A stretch of DNA of 53,588 nucleotides from Raillietiella orientalis. Taxonomy: Eukaryota. Under the pieces are notes generated by a model. The model was given only the letters and a program-made list of their open reading frames with translations. It ran no database searches and had not been told where the DNA came from. The stretch is taken from positions 1 to 53,588 of the forward strand of contig JAYWIR010000162.1 in assembly GCA_036172245.1 (NCBI GenBank), given 5' to 3'. The position numbers and the translations under genes are program-made. Shown one piece after another: positions 1 to 13,000 of the stretch; the stretch's first letter is position 1; each line of letters begins with the position of its first letter.

Positions 1-745
1 GTGCAAATTTGCAGTGTCTGGTGATTTCAAGACAATTTCTATAATGTCTATTACATCGTTCGGCTCCTTCCGAGCATCGGAACGGATTCTTTTCCCCGTG
101 GATGCAAAGGCACCTTTATCACATCCCCACTTCCTGCGAATCTCTTGCTCCACGTGAAGAAATCATAGGAGAACCGAACTAATTGCAAGATGGAAGGACA
201 GGTTTTAGTCTGGTTCTCATGGCAATTATTTTTGCAAAGGACAGATGAAGTTTTTTTCTGTCCATCTTCCTATTTTCAGTGCAAATTTGCAGTGTCTGCT
301 GATAAATAATCAATTTCTATAATGTCGATTACATCTTTAAGCTCCTTCCGAGCATCCGAACGGATTCCTTTCCCCGTGGATGCAACGGCACCTTTATCAC
401 ATCCCCACTTCCTCGGAATCACTTGCTCCACGAGAAGAAATCATAGGAGAACCGAACTAATTGCAAGATGGCAGGATTGGTGTTAGTCTGGTTCTCATGG
501 CAATCATTTTTGAAAAGGACAGATGAAGTTTTTTTCTCTCCATCTTCCTATTTTCAGTGCAAATTTGCAGTGTCTGCTGATAAATAATCAATTTCTATAA
601 TGTCGATTACATCTTTAAGCTCCTTCCGAGCATCCGAACGGATTCCTTTCCCCGTGGATGCAACGGTACCTTTATCACATCCCCACTTCCTCGGAATCCC
701 TTGCTCCACGAGAAGAAATCATAGGAGAACCGAACTAATTTCAAG

Positions 746-1023
746 ATGGCAGGATTGGTGTTAGTCTGGTTCTCATGGCAATCATTTTTGAAAAGGACAG
801 ATGAAGTTTTTTTCTCTCCATCTTCCTATTTTCAGTGCAAATTTGCAGTGTCTGGTGATTTGAAGACAATTTCTATAATGTCGATTACATCTTTAAGCTC
901 CTTCCGAGCATCCGAACGGATTCCTTTCCCCGTGGATGCAACGGCACCTTTATCACATCCCCGCTTCCTCGGAATCCCTTGCTCCAAGGGAAGAAATCAT
1001 AGGAGAACCGAACTAATTGCAAG
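746..1023. repeat. Representative 278-bp monomer (phase set arbitrarily at ATGGCAGG)
   Basis: Hand count: 278 bp, 120 G+C (~43%). The first 150 bp are ~35% GC with T-tracts, the next 90 bp are ~58% GC, and all 9 CpGs lie at or after monomer position 137. Confidence 0.97.
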
Positions 1024-4000
1024 ATGGCAGGATTGGTGTTAGTCTGGTTTTCATGGCAACCATTTTTGCAATGGAGAGATGAAGTTTTTTACCCTCCATC
1101 TTCCTTTTTTCAGTGCAAATTTGCAGTGTCTGGTGATTTCAAGACAATTTCTATAATGTCTATTACATCTTTAGGCTCCTTCCGAGCATCCGAACGGATT
1201 CCTTTCCCCGTGGATGCAACGACACCTTTATCACATCCCCACTTCCTCGGAATCCCTTGCTCCACGTGAAGAAATCATAGGAGAACCGAACTAATTTCAA
1301 GATGGCAGGATTGGTGTTAGTCTGGTTTTCATGGCAACCATTTTTGCAATGGAGAGATGAAGGTTTTTACCCTCCATCTTCCTTTTTTCAGTGCAAATTT
1401 GCAGTGTCTGCTGATATCTAATCAATTTCTATAATGTCGATTACATCTTTATGCTCCTCCGAGCATTCGAACGGATTCCTTTCCCCGTGGATGCAACGGC
1501 ACCTTTATCACATCCCCACTTCCTCCGAATCTCTTGCTCCACGAGAAGAAATCATAGGAGAACCGAACTAATTGCAAGATGGCAGGATTGGTGTTAGTCT
1601 GGTTCTCATGGCAATCATTTTTGAAAAGGACAGATGAAGTTTTTTTCTCTCCATCTTCCTATTTTCAGTGCAAATTTGCAGTGTCTGGTGATTTGAAGAC
1701 AATTTCTATAATGTCGATTACATCTTTAAGCTCCTTCCGAGCATCCGAACGGATTCCTTTCACCGTAGATGCAACGGCACCTTTATCACATCCCTTCCTC
1801 GGAATCCCTTGCTCCAAGGGAAGAAATCATAGGAGAACCGAACTAATTGCAAGATGGCAGGACAGGTGTTAGTCTGGTTTTCATGGCAACCATTTTTGCA
1901 ATGGACAGATGAATTTTACCCTCCATCTTCCTTTTTTCAGTGCAAATTTGCAGTGTCTGGTGATTTCAAGACAATTTCTATAATGTCTATTACATCGTTC
2001 GGCTCCTTCCGAGCATCGGAACGGATTCTTTTCCCCGTGGATGCAAAGGCACCTTTATCACATCCCCACTTCCTCCGAATCTCTTGCTCCACGTGAAGAA
2101 ATCATAGGAGAACCGAACTAATTTCAAGATGGCAGGATTGGTGTTAGTCTGGTTTTCATGGCAACCATTTTTGCAATGGAGAGATGAAGTTTTTTTCTCT
2201 CCATCTTCCTATTTTCAGTGCAAATTTGCAGTGTCTGCTGATAAATAATCAATTTCTATAATGTCGATTACATCTTTAAGCTTCTTGCGAGCATCCGAAC
2301 GGATTCCTTTCCCCGTGGATGCAAAGGCACATTTATCACATCCCCACTTCCTGCGAATCTCTTGCTCCACGAGAAGAAATCATAGGAGAACCGAACTAAT
2401 TTCAAGATGGCAGGATTGGTGTTAGTCTGGTTTTCATGGCAACCATTTTTGCAATGGACAGATGAAGGTTTTTACCCTCCATCTTCCTTTTTTCAGTGCA
2501 AATTTGCAGTGTCTGCTGATATCTAATCAATTTCTATAATGTCGATTACATCTTTATGCTCCCTCCGAGCATTCGAACGGATTCCTTTCCCCGTGGATGC
2601 AAAGGCACCTTTATCACATCCCCGCTTCCTCGGAATCCCTTGCTCCAAGGGAAGAAATCATAGGAGAACCGAACTAATTGCAAGATGGCAGGACAGGTGT
2701 TAGTCTGGTTCTCATGGCAATCATTTTTGCAAAGGACAGATGAAGTTTTTACCCTCCATCTTCCTTTTTTCAGTGCAAATTTGCAGTGTCTGGTGATTTC
2801 AAGACAATTTCTATAATTTCTATTACATCGTTCGGCTCCTTCCGAGCATCGGAACGGATTCTTTTCCCCGTGGATGCAAAGGCACCTTTATCACATCCCC
2901 ACTTCCTGCGAATCTCTTGCTCCACGTGAAGAAATCATAGGAGAACCGAACTAATTGCAAGATGGCAGGACAGGTTTTAGTCTGGTTCTCATGGCAATTA
3001 TTTTTGCAAAGGACAGATGAAGTTTTTTTCTGTCCATCTTCCTATTTTCAGTGCAAATTTGCAGTGTCTGCTGATAAATAATCAATTTCTATAATGTCGA
3101 TTACATCTTTAAGCTCCTTCCGAGCATCCGAACGGATTCCTTTCCCCGTGGATGCAACGGCACCTTTATCACATCCCCACTTTTTTGGAATCACTTGCTC
3201 CACGAGAAGAAATCATAGGAGAACCGAACTAATTGCAAGATGGCAGGATTCGTGTTAGTCTGGTTCTCATGGCAATCATTTTTGAAGAGGACAGATGAAG
3301 TTTTTTTCTCTCCATCTTCCTATTTTCAGTGCAAATTTGCAGTGTCTGGTGATTTGAAGACAATTTATATAATGTCGATTACATCTTTAAGCTCCTTCCG
3401 AGCATCCGAACGGATTCCTTTCACCGTGGATGCAAAGGCACCTTTATCACATCCCCACTTCCTCGGAATCTCTTGCTCCACGAGAAGAAATCATAGGAGA
3501 ACCGAACTAATTGCAAGATGGCAGGATAGGTGTTAGTCTAGTTCTGATGGCAATCATTTTTGAAAAGGACAGATGAAGTTTTTTTCTCTCCATCTTCCTA
3601 TTTTCAGTGCAAATTTGCAGTGTTTGGTGATTTGAAGACAACTTCTATAATGTTGATTACATCTCTAAGCTCCTTCCGAGCATCCGAACGGATTCCTTTC
3701 ACCGTAGATGCAACGGCACCTTTATCACATCCCCGCTTCCTCGGAATCCCTTGCTCCAAGGGAAGAAATCATAGGAGAACCGAACTAATTGAAAGATGGC
3801 AGGACAGGTGTTAGTCTGGTTTTCATGGCAACCATTTTTGCAATGGACAGATGAAGTTTTTACCCTCCATCTTCCTTTTTTCTGTGCAAATTTGCAGTTT
3901 CTGGTGATTTGAAGACAATTTCCATAATGTCGATTACATCTTTAAGCTCCTTCCGAGCATCCGAACGGATTCCTTTCACCGTGGATGCAACGGCACCTTT

Positions 4001-7000
4001 ATCACATCCCCGCTTCCTCGGAATCCCTTGCTCCAAGGGAAGAAATCATAGGAGAACCGAACTAATTTCAAGATGGCAGGATTGGTGTTAGTCTGGTTTT
4101 CATGGCAACCATTTTTGCAATGGAGAGATGAAGTTTTTTACCCTCCATCTTCCTTTTTTCAGTGCAAATTTGCAGTGTCTGGTGATTTCAAGACAATTTC
4201 TATAATGTCTATTACATCGTTCGGCTCCTTCCGAGCATCCGAACGGATTCCTTTCCCCGTGGATGCAAAGGCACCTTTATCACATCCCCACTTCCTGCGA
4301 ATCTCTTGCTCCACGTGAAGAAATCATAGGAGAACCGAACTAATTGCAAGATGGCAGGACAGGTGTTAGTCTGGTTCTCATGGCAATTATTTTTGCAAAG
4401 GACAGATGAAGTTTTTTTCTGTCCATCTTCCTATTTTCAGTGCAAATTTGCAGTGTCTGCTGATAAATAATCAATTTCTATAATGTCGATTACATCTTTA
4501 AGCTCCTTCCGAGCATCCGAACGGATTCCTTTCCCCGTGGATGCAACGGCACCTTTATCACATCCCCACTTCCTCGGAATCCCTTGCTCCACGAGAAGAA
4601 ATCATAGGAGAACCGAACTAATTTCAAGATGGCAGGATTGGTGTTAGTCTGGTTCTCATGGCAATCATTTTTGAAAAGGACAGATGAAGTTTTTTTCTGT
4701 CCATCTTCCTATTTTCAGTGCAAATTTGCAGTGTCTGCTGATAAATAATCAATTTCTATAATGTCGATTACATCTTTAAGCTCCTTCCGAGCATCCGAAC
4801 GGATTCCTTTCCCCGTGGATGCAACGGTACCTTTATCACATCCCCACTTCCTCGGAATCCCTTGCTCCACGAGAAGAAATCATAGGAGAACCGAACTAAT
4901 TTCAAGATGGCAGGATTGGTGTTAGTCTGGTTCTCATGGCAATCATTTTTGAAAAGGACAGATGAAGTTTTTTTCTCTCCATCTTCCTATTTTCAGTGCA
5001 AATTTGCAGTGTCTGGTGATTTCAAGACAATTTCTATAATGTCGATTACATCTTTAAGCTCCTTCCGAGCATCCGAACGGATTCCTTTCCCCGTGGATGC
5101 AACGGCACCTTTATCACATCCCCACTTCCTCGGAATCCCTTGCTCCACGAGAAGAAATCATAGGAGAACCGAACTAATTTCAAGATGGCAGGATTGGTGT
5201 TAGTCTGGTTTTCATGGCAACCATTTTTGCAATGGAGAGATGAAGTTTTTTACCCTCCATCTTCCTTTTTTCAGTGCAAATTTGCAGTGTCTGCTGATAA
5301 ATAATCAATTTCTATAATGTCGATTACATCTTTAAGCTCCTTCCGAGCATCCGAACGGATTCCTTTCCCCGTGGATGCAAAGGCACCTTTATCACATCCC
5401 CACTTCCTGCGAATCTCTTGCTCCACGAGAAGAAATCATAGGAGAACCGAACTAATTTCAAGATGGCAGGATTGGTGTTAGTCTGGTTTTCATGGCAACC
5501 ATTTTTGCAATGGACAGATGAAGTTTTTTACCCTCCATCTTCCTTTTTTCAGTGCAAATTTGCAGTGTCTGCTGATATCTAATCAATTTCTATAATGTCG
5601 ATTACATCTTTAAGCTCCTTCCGAGCATCCGAACGGATTCCTTTCCCCGTGGATGCAAAGGCACCTTTATCACATCCCCGCTTCCTCGGAATCCCTTGCT
5701 CCAAGGGAAGAAATCATAGGAGAACCGAACTAATTGCAAGATGGCAGGACAGGTGTTAGTCTGGTTTTCATGGCAACCATTTTTGCAATGGAGAGATGAA
5801 GTTTTTTACCCTCCATCTTCCTTTTTTCAGTGCAAATTTGCAGTGTCTGGTGATTTCAAGACAATTTCTATAATGTCTATTACATCGTTCGGCTCCTTCC
5901 GAGCATCCGAACGGATTCCTTTCCCCGTGGATGCAAAGGCACCTTTATCACATCCCCACTTCCTGCGAATCTCTTGCTCCACGTGAAGAAATCATAGGAG
6001 AACCGAACTAATTGCAAGATGGCAGGACAGGTGTTAGTCTGGTTCTCATGGCAATTATTTTTGCAAAGGACAGATGAAGTTTTTTTCTGTCCATCTTCCT
6101 ATTTTCAGTGCAAATTTGCAGTGTCTGCTGATAAATAATCAATTTCTATAATGTCGATTACATCTTTAAGCTCCTTCCGAGCATCCGAACGGATTCCTTT
6201 CCCCGTGGATGCAACGGCACCTTTATCACATCCCCACTTCCTCGGAATCCCTTGCTCCACGAGAAGAAATCATAGGAGAACCGAACTAATTTCAAGATGG
6301 CAGGATTGGTGTTAGTCTGGTTCTCATGGCAATCATTTTTGCAAAGGACAGATGAAGTTTTTTTCTCTCCATCTTCCTATTTTCAGTGCAAATTTGCAGT
6401 GTCTGGTGATTTCAAGACAATTTCTATAATGTCGATTACATCTTTAAGCTCCTTCCGAGCATCCGAACGGATTCCTTTCCCCGTGGATGCAACGGCACCT
6501 TTATCACATCCCCACTTCCTCGGAATCCCTTGCTCCACGGGAAGAAATCATAGGAGAACCGAACTAATTGCAAGATGGCAGGATTGGTGTTAGTCTGGTT
6601 TTCATGGCAACCATTTTTGCAATGGAGAGATGAAGTTTTTTTCCCTCCATCTTCCTTTTTTCAGTGCAAATTTGCAGTGTCTGGTGATTTCAAGACAATT
6701 TCTATAATGTCTATTACATCGTTCGGCTCCTTCCGAGCATCCGAACGGATTCCTTTCCCCGTGGATGCAAAGGCACCTTTATCACATCCCCACTTCCTGC
6801 GAATCTCTTGCTCCACGTGAAGAAATCATAGGAGAACCGAACTAATTGCAAGATGGCAGGACAGGTGTTAGTCTGGTTCTCATGGCAATTATTTTTGCAA
6901 AGGACAGATGAAGTTTTTTTCTGTCCATCTTCCTATTTTCAGTGCAAATTTGCAGTGTCTGCTGATAAATAATCAATTTCTATAATGTCGATTACATCTT

Positions 7001-10000
7001 TAAGCTCCTTCCGAGCATCCGAACGGATTCCTTTCCCCGTGGATGCAACGGCACCTTTATCACATCCCCACTTCCTCGGAATCCCTTGCTCCACGAGAAG
7101 AAATCATAGGAGAACCGAACTAATTTCAAGATGGCAGGATTGGTGTTAGTCTGGTTTTCATGGCAACCATTTTTGCAATGGAGAGATGAAGTTTTTCCCT
7201 CCATCTTCCTTTTTTCAGTGCAAATTTGCAGTGTCTGGTGATTTCAAGACAATTTCTATAATGTCTATTACATCGTTCGGCTCCTTCCGAGCATCCGAAC
7301 GGATTCCTTTCCCCGTGGATGCAACGGCACCTTTATCACATCCCCGCTTCCTCGGAATCCCTTGCTCCAAGGGAAGAAATCATAGGAGAACCGAACTAAT
7401 TTCAAGATGGCAGGATTGGTGTTAGTCTGGTTTTCATGGCAACCATTTTTGCAATGGAGAGATGAAGTTTTCTTCCCTCCATCTTCCTTTTTTCAGTGCA
7501 AATTTGCAGTGTCTGGTGATTTCAAGACAATTTCTATAATGTCTATTACATCGTTCGGCTCCTTCCGAGCATCCGAACGGATTCCTTTCCCCGTGGATGC
7601 AAAGGCACCTTTATCACATCCCCACTTCCTGCGAATCTCTTGCTCCACGAGAAGAAATCATAGGAGAACCGAACTAATTGCAAGATGGCAGGACAGGTGT
7701 TAGTCTGGTTTTCATGGCAACCATTTTTGCAATGGACAGATGAAGTTTTTTACCCTCCATCTTCCTTTTTTCAGTGCAAATTTGCAGTGTCTGCTGATAT
7801 CTAATCAATTTCTATAATGTCGATTACATCTTTAAGCTCCTTCCGAGCATCCGAACGGATTCCTTTCCCCGTGGATGCAACGGCACCTTTATCACATCCC
7901 CACTTCCTCGGAATCCCTTGCTCCACGAGAAGAAATCATAGGAGAACCGAACTAATTTCAAGATGGCAGGATTGGTGTTAGTCTGGTTTTCATGGCAACC
8001 ATTTTTGCAATGGACAGATGAAGTTTTCTTCCCTCCATCTTCCTTTTTTCAGTGCAAATTTGCAGTGTCTGGTGATTTCAAGACAATTTCTATAATGTCG
8101 ATTACATCTTTAAGCTCCTTCCGAGCATCCGAACGGATTCCTTTCCCCGTGGATGCAACGGCACCTTTATCACATCCCCACTTCCTCGGAATCCCTTGCT
8201 CCACGAGAAGAAATCATAGGAGAACCGAACTAATTTCAAGATGGCAGGATTGGTGTTAGTCTGGTTTTCATGGCAACCATTTTTGCAATGGAGAGATGAA
8301 GGTTTTTACCCTCCATCTTCCTTTTTTCAGTGCAAATTTGCAGTGTCTGGTGATTTCAAGACAATTTCTATAATGTCTATTACATCGTTCGGCTCCTTCC
8401 GAGCATCGGAACGGATTCTTTTCCCCGTGGATGCAAAGGCACCTTTATCACATCCCCACTTCCTGCGAATCTCTTGCTCCACGTGAAGAAATCATAGGAG
8501 AACCGAACTAATTGCAAGATGGAAGGACAGGTTTTAGTCTGGTTCTCATGGCAATTATTTTTGCAAAGGACAGATGAAGTTTTTTTCTGTCCATCTTCCT
8601 ATTTTCAGTGCAAATTTGCAGTGTCTGCTGATAAATAATCAATTTCTATAATGTCGATTACATCTTTAAGCTCCTTCCGAGCATCCGAACGGATTCCTTT
8701 CCCCGTGGATGCAACGGCACCTTTATCACATCCCCACTTCCTCGGAATCACTTGCTCCACGAGAAGAAATCATAGGAGAACCGAACTAATTGCAAGATGG
8801 CAGGATTGGTGTTAGTCTGGTTCTGATGGCAATCATTTTTGAAAAGGACAGATGAAGTTTTTTTCTCTCCATCTTCCTATTTTCAGTGCAAATTTGCAGT
8901 GTTTGGTGATTTGAAGACAATTTCTATAATGTCGATTACATCTCTAAGCTCCTTCCGAGCATCCGAACGGATTCCTTTCACCGTAGATGCAACGGCACCT
9001 TTATCACATCCCCGCTTCCTCGGAATCCCTTGCTCCAAGGGAAGAAATCATAGGAGAACCGAACTAATTGCAAGATGGCAGGACAGGTGTTAGTCTGGTT
9101 TTCATGGCAACCATTTTTGCAATGGACAGATGAAGTTTTTACCCTCCATCTTCCTTTTTTCTGTGCAAATTTGCAGTTTCTGGTGATTTGAAGACAATTT
9201 CCATAATGTCGATTACATCTTTAAGCTCCTTCCGAGCATCCGAACGGATTCCTTTCACCGTAGATGCAACGGCACCTTTATCACATCCCCGCTTCCTCGG
9301 AATCCCTTGCTCCAAGGGAAGAAATCATAGGAGAACCGAACTAATTGCAAGATGGCAGGACAGGTGTTAGTCTGGTTCTCATGGCAATCATTTTTGCAAA
9401 GGACAGATGAAGTTTTTACCCTCCATCTTCCTTTTTTCAGTGCAAATTTGCAGTGTCTGGTGATTTCAAGACAATTTCTATAATTTCTATTACATCGTTC
9501 GGCTCCTTCCGAGCATCGGAACGGATTCTTTTCCCCGTGGATGCAAAGGCACCTTTATCACATCCCCACTTCCTGCGAATCTCTTGCTCCACGTGAAGAA
9601 ATCATAGGAGAACCGAACTAATTGCAAGATGGAAGGACAGGTTTTAGTCTGGTTCTCATGGCAATTATTTTTGCAAAGGACAGATGAAGTTTTTTTCTGT
9701 CCATCTTCCTATTTTCAGTGCAAATTTGCAGTGTCTGCTGATAAATAATCAATTTCTATAATGTCGATTACATCTTTAAGCTCCTTCCGAGCATCCGAAC
9801 GGATTCCTTTCCCCGTGGATGCAACGGCACCTTTATCACATCCCCACTTCCTCCGAATCTCTTGCTCCACGAGAAGAAATCATAGGAGAACCGAACTAAT
9901 TGCAAGATGGCAGGATTGGTGTTAGTCTGGTTCTCATGGCAATCATTTTTGCAAAGGACAGATGAAGTTTTTTTCTCTCCATCTTCCTATTTTCAGTGCA

Positions 10001-13000
10001 AATTTGCAGTGTCTGGTGATTTCAAGACAATTTCTATAATGTCGATTACATCTTTAAGCTCCTTCCGAGCATCCGAACGGATTCCTTTCCCCGTGGATGC
10101 AACGGCACCTTTATCACATCCCCACTTCCTCGGAATCCCTTGCTCCACGAGAAGAAATCATAGGAGAACCGAACTAATTTCAAGATGGCAGGATTGGTGT
10201 TAGTCTGGTTTTCATGGCAACCATTTTTGCAATGGAGAGATGAAGTTTTTTACCCTCCATCTTCCTTTTTTCAGTGCAAATTTGCAGTGTCTGGTGATTT
10301 CAAGACAATTTCTATAATGTCTATTACATCGTTCGGCTCCTTCCGAGCATCCGAACGGATTCCTTTCCCCGTGGATGCAAAGGCACCTTTATCACATCCC
10401 CACTTCCTGCGAATCTCTTGCTCCACGTGAAGAAATCATAGGAGAACCGAACTAATTGCAAGATGGCAGGACAGGTTTTAGTCTGGTTCTCATGGCAATT
10501 ATTTTTGCAAAGGACAGATGAAGTTTTTTTCTGTCCATCTTCCTATTTTCAGTGCAAATTTGCAGTGTCTGCTGATAAATAATCAATTTCTATAATGTCG
10601 ATTACATCTTTAAGCTCCTTCCGAGCATCCGAACGGATTCCTTTCCCCGTGGATGCAACGGCACCTTTATCACATCCCCACTTCCTCGGAATCACTTGCT
10701 CCACGAGAAGAAATCATAGGAGAACCGAACTAATTGCAAGATGGCAGGATTGGTGTTAGTCTGGTTCTCATGGCAATCATTTTTGAAGAGGACAGATGAA
10801 GTTTTTTTCTCTCCATCTTCCTATTTTCAGTGCAAATTTGCAGTGTCTGGTGATTTGAAGACAATTTCTATAATGTCGATTACATCTTTAAGCTCCTTCC
10901 GAGCATCCGAACGGATTCCTTTCACCGTAGATGCAACGGCACCTTTATCACATCCCCGCTTCCTCGGAATCCCTTGCTCCAAGGGAAGAAATCATAGGAG
11001 AACCGAACTAATTGCAAGATGGCAGGACAGGTGTTAGTCTGGTTTTCATGGCAACCATTTTTGCAATGGACAGATGAAGTTTTTACCCTCCATCTTCCTT
11101 TTTTCAGTGCAAATTTAGAGTGTCTGGTGATTTCAAGACAATCTCTATAATGTCTAATAGATCGTTCGGCTCCTTCCGAGCATCGGAACGGATTCTTTTC
11201 CCCGTGGATGCAAAGGCACCTTTATCACATCCCCACTTCCTGCGAATCTCTTGCTCCACGTGAAGAAATCATAGGAGAACCGAACTAATTGCAAGATGGC
11301 AGGATTGGTGTTAGTCTGGTTTTCATGGCAACCATTTTTGCAATGGAGAGATGAAGTTTTCTTCCCTCCATCTTCCTTTTTTCAGTGCAAATTTGCAGTG
11401 TCTGCTGATAAATAATCAATTTCTATAATGTCGATTACATCTTTAAGCTCCTTCCGAGCATCCGAACGGATTCCTTTCCCCGTGGATGCAACGGTACCTT
11501 TATCACATCCCCACTTCCTCCGAATCTCTTGCTCCACGAGAAGAAATCATAGGAGAACCGAACTAATTGCAAGATGGCAGGATTGGTGTTAGTCTGGTTC
11601 TCATGGCAATCATTTTTGCAAAGGACAGATGAAGTTTTTTTCTCTCCATCTTCCTATTTTCAGTGCAAATTTGCAGTGTCTGCTGATATCTAATCAATTT
11701 CTATAATGTCGATTACATCTTTAAGCTCCTTCCGAGCATCCGAACGGATTCCTTTCCCCGTGGATGCAACGGCACCTTTATCACATCCCCGCTTCCTCGG
11801 AATCCCTTGCTCCAAGGGAAGAAATCATAGGAGAACCGAACTAATTTCAAGATGGCAGGATTGGTGTTAGTCTGGTTTTCATGGCAACCATTTTTGCAAT
11901 GGAGAGATGAAGTTTTTAAACCCTCCATCTTCCTTTTTTCAGTGCAAATTTGCAGTGTCTGGTGATTTCAAGACAATTTCTATAATGTCTATTACATCGT
12001 TCGGCTCCTTCCGAGCATCCGAACGGATTCCTTTCCCCGTGGATGCAAAGGCACCTTTATCACATCCCCACTTCCTGCGAATCTCTTGCTCCACGTGAAG
12101 AAATCATAGGAGAACCGAACTAATTGCAAGATGGCAGGACAGGTGTTAGTCTGGTTCTCATGGCAATTATTTTTGCAAAGGACAGATGAAGTTTTTTTCT
12201 GTCCATCTTCCTATTTTCAGTGCAAATTTGCAGTGTCTGCTGATAAATAATCAATTTCTATAATGTCGATTACATCTTTAAGCTCCTTCCGAGCATCCGA
12301 ACGGATTCCTTTCCCCGTGGATGCAACGGCACCTTTATCACATCCCCACTTCCTCGGAATCACTTGCTCCACGAGAAGAAATCATAGGAGAACCGAACTA
12401 ATTGCAAGATGGCAGGATTGGTGTTAGTCTGGTTCTCATGGCAATCATTTTTGAAGAGGACAGATGAAGTTTTTTTCTCTCCATCTTCCTATTTTCAGTG
12501 CAAATTTGCAGTGTCTGGTGATTTGAAGACAATTTCTATAATGTCGATTACATCTTTAAGCTCCTTCCGAGCATCCGAACGGATTCCTTTCACCGTAGAT
12601 GCAACGGCACCTTTATCACATCCCCGCTTCCTCGGAATCCCTTGCTCCAAGGGAAGAAATCATAGGAGAACCGAACTAATTGCAAGATGGCAGGACAGGT
12701 GTTAGTCTGGTTTTCATGGCAACCATTTTTGCAATGGACAGATGAAGTTTTTACCCTCCATCTTCCTTTTTTCAGTGCAAATTTAGAGTGTCTGGTGATT
12801 TCAAGACAATCTCTATAATGTCTAATAGATCGTTCGGCTCCTTCCGAGCATCGGAACGGATTCTTTTCCCCGTGGATGCAAAGGCACCTTTATCACATCC
12901 CCACTTCCTGCGAATCTCTTGCTCCACGTGAAGAAATCATAGGAGAACCGAACTAATTGCAAGATGGCAGGACAGGTGTTAGTCTGGTTCTCATGGCAAT

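Noticed and set aside
130..152. HDV-like ribozyme hint (CTGCGAAT resembling J4/2)
   Set aside because: I could not build the nested double pseudoknot (P1, P1.1, P2, P3), and the motif is allele-specific.
151..156. CACGTG G-box/E-box and near-octamer GTGCAAAT as regulatory sites
   Set aside because: These are short motifs expected by chance, allele-dependent or mismatched, and have no linked gene.
251..279. Polypyrimidine tract + CAG (splice acceptor) with upstream ACTAAT, suggesting a tandem exon array
   Set aside because: There is no convincing donor, several AGs lie between the putative branch point and acceptor, all three downstream frames stop quickly in C monomers, and E monomers have CTG instead of CAG.
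346..362. CENP-B-box-like sequence on the minus strand (GTTCGGATGCTCGGAAG)
   Set aside because: Spacing and core bases do not match NTTCGNNNNANNCGGGN.
11911..11923. Sporadic 1-3 bp indels (e.g. TTTTTAAACCC here; also ~1793, ~1913, ~7195, ~18160, ~40280)
   Set aside because: They are singletons mostly in or beside homopolymers and cannot be distinguished from sequencing error.
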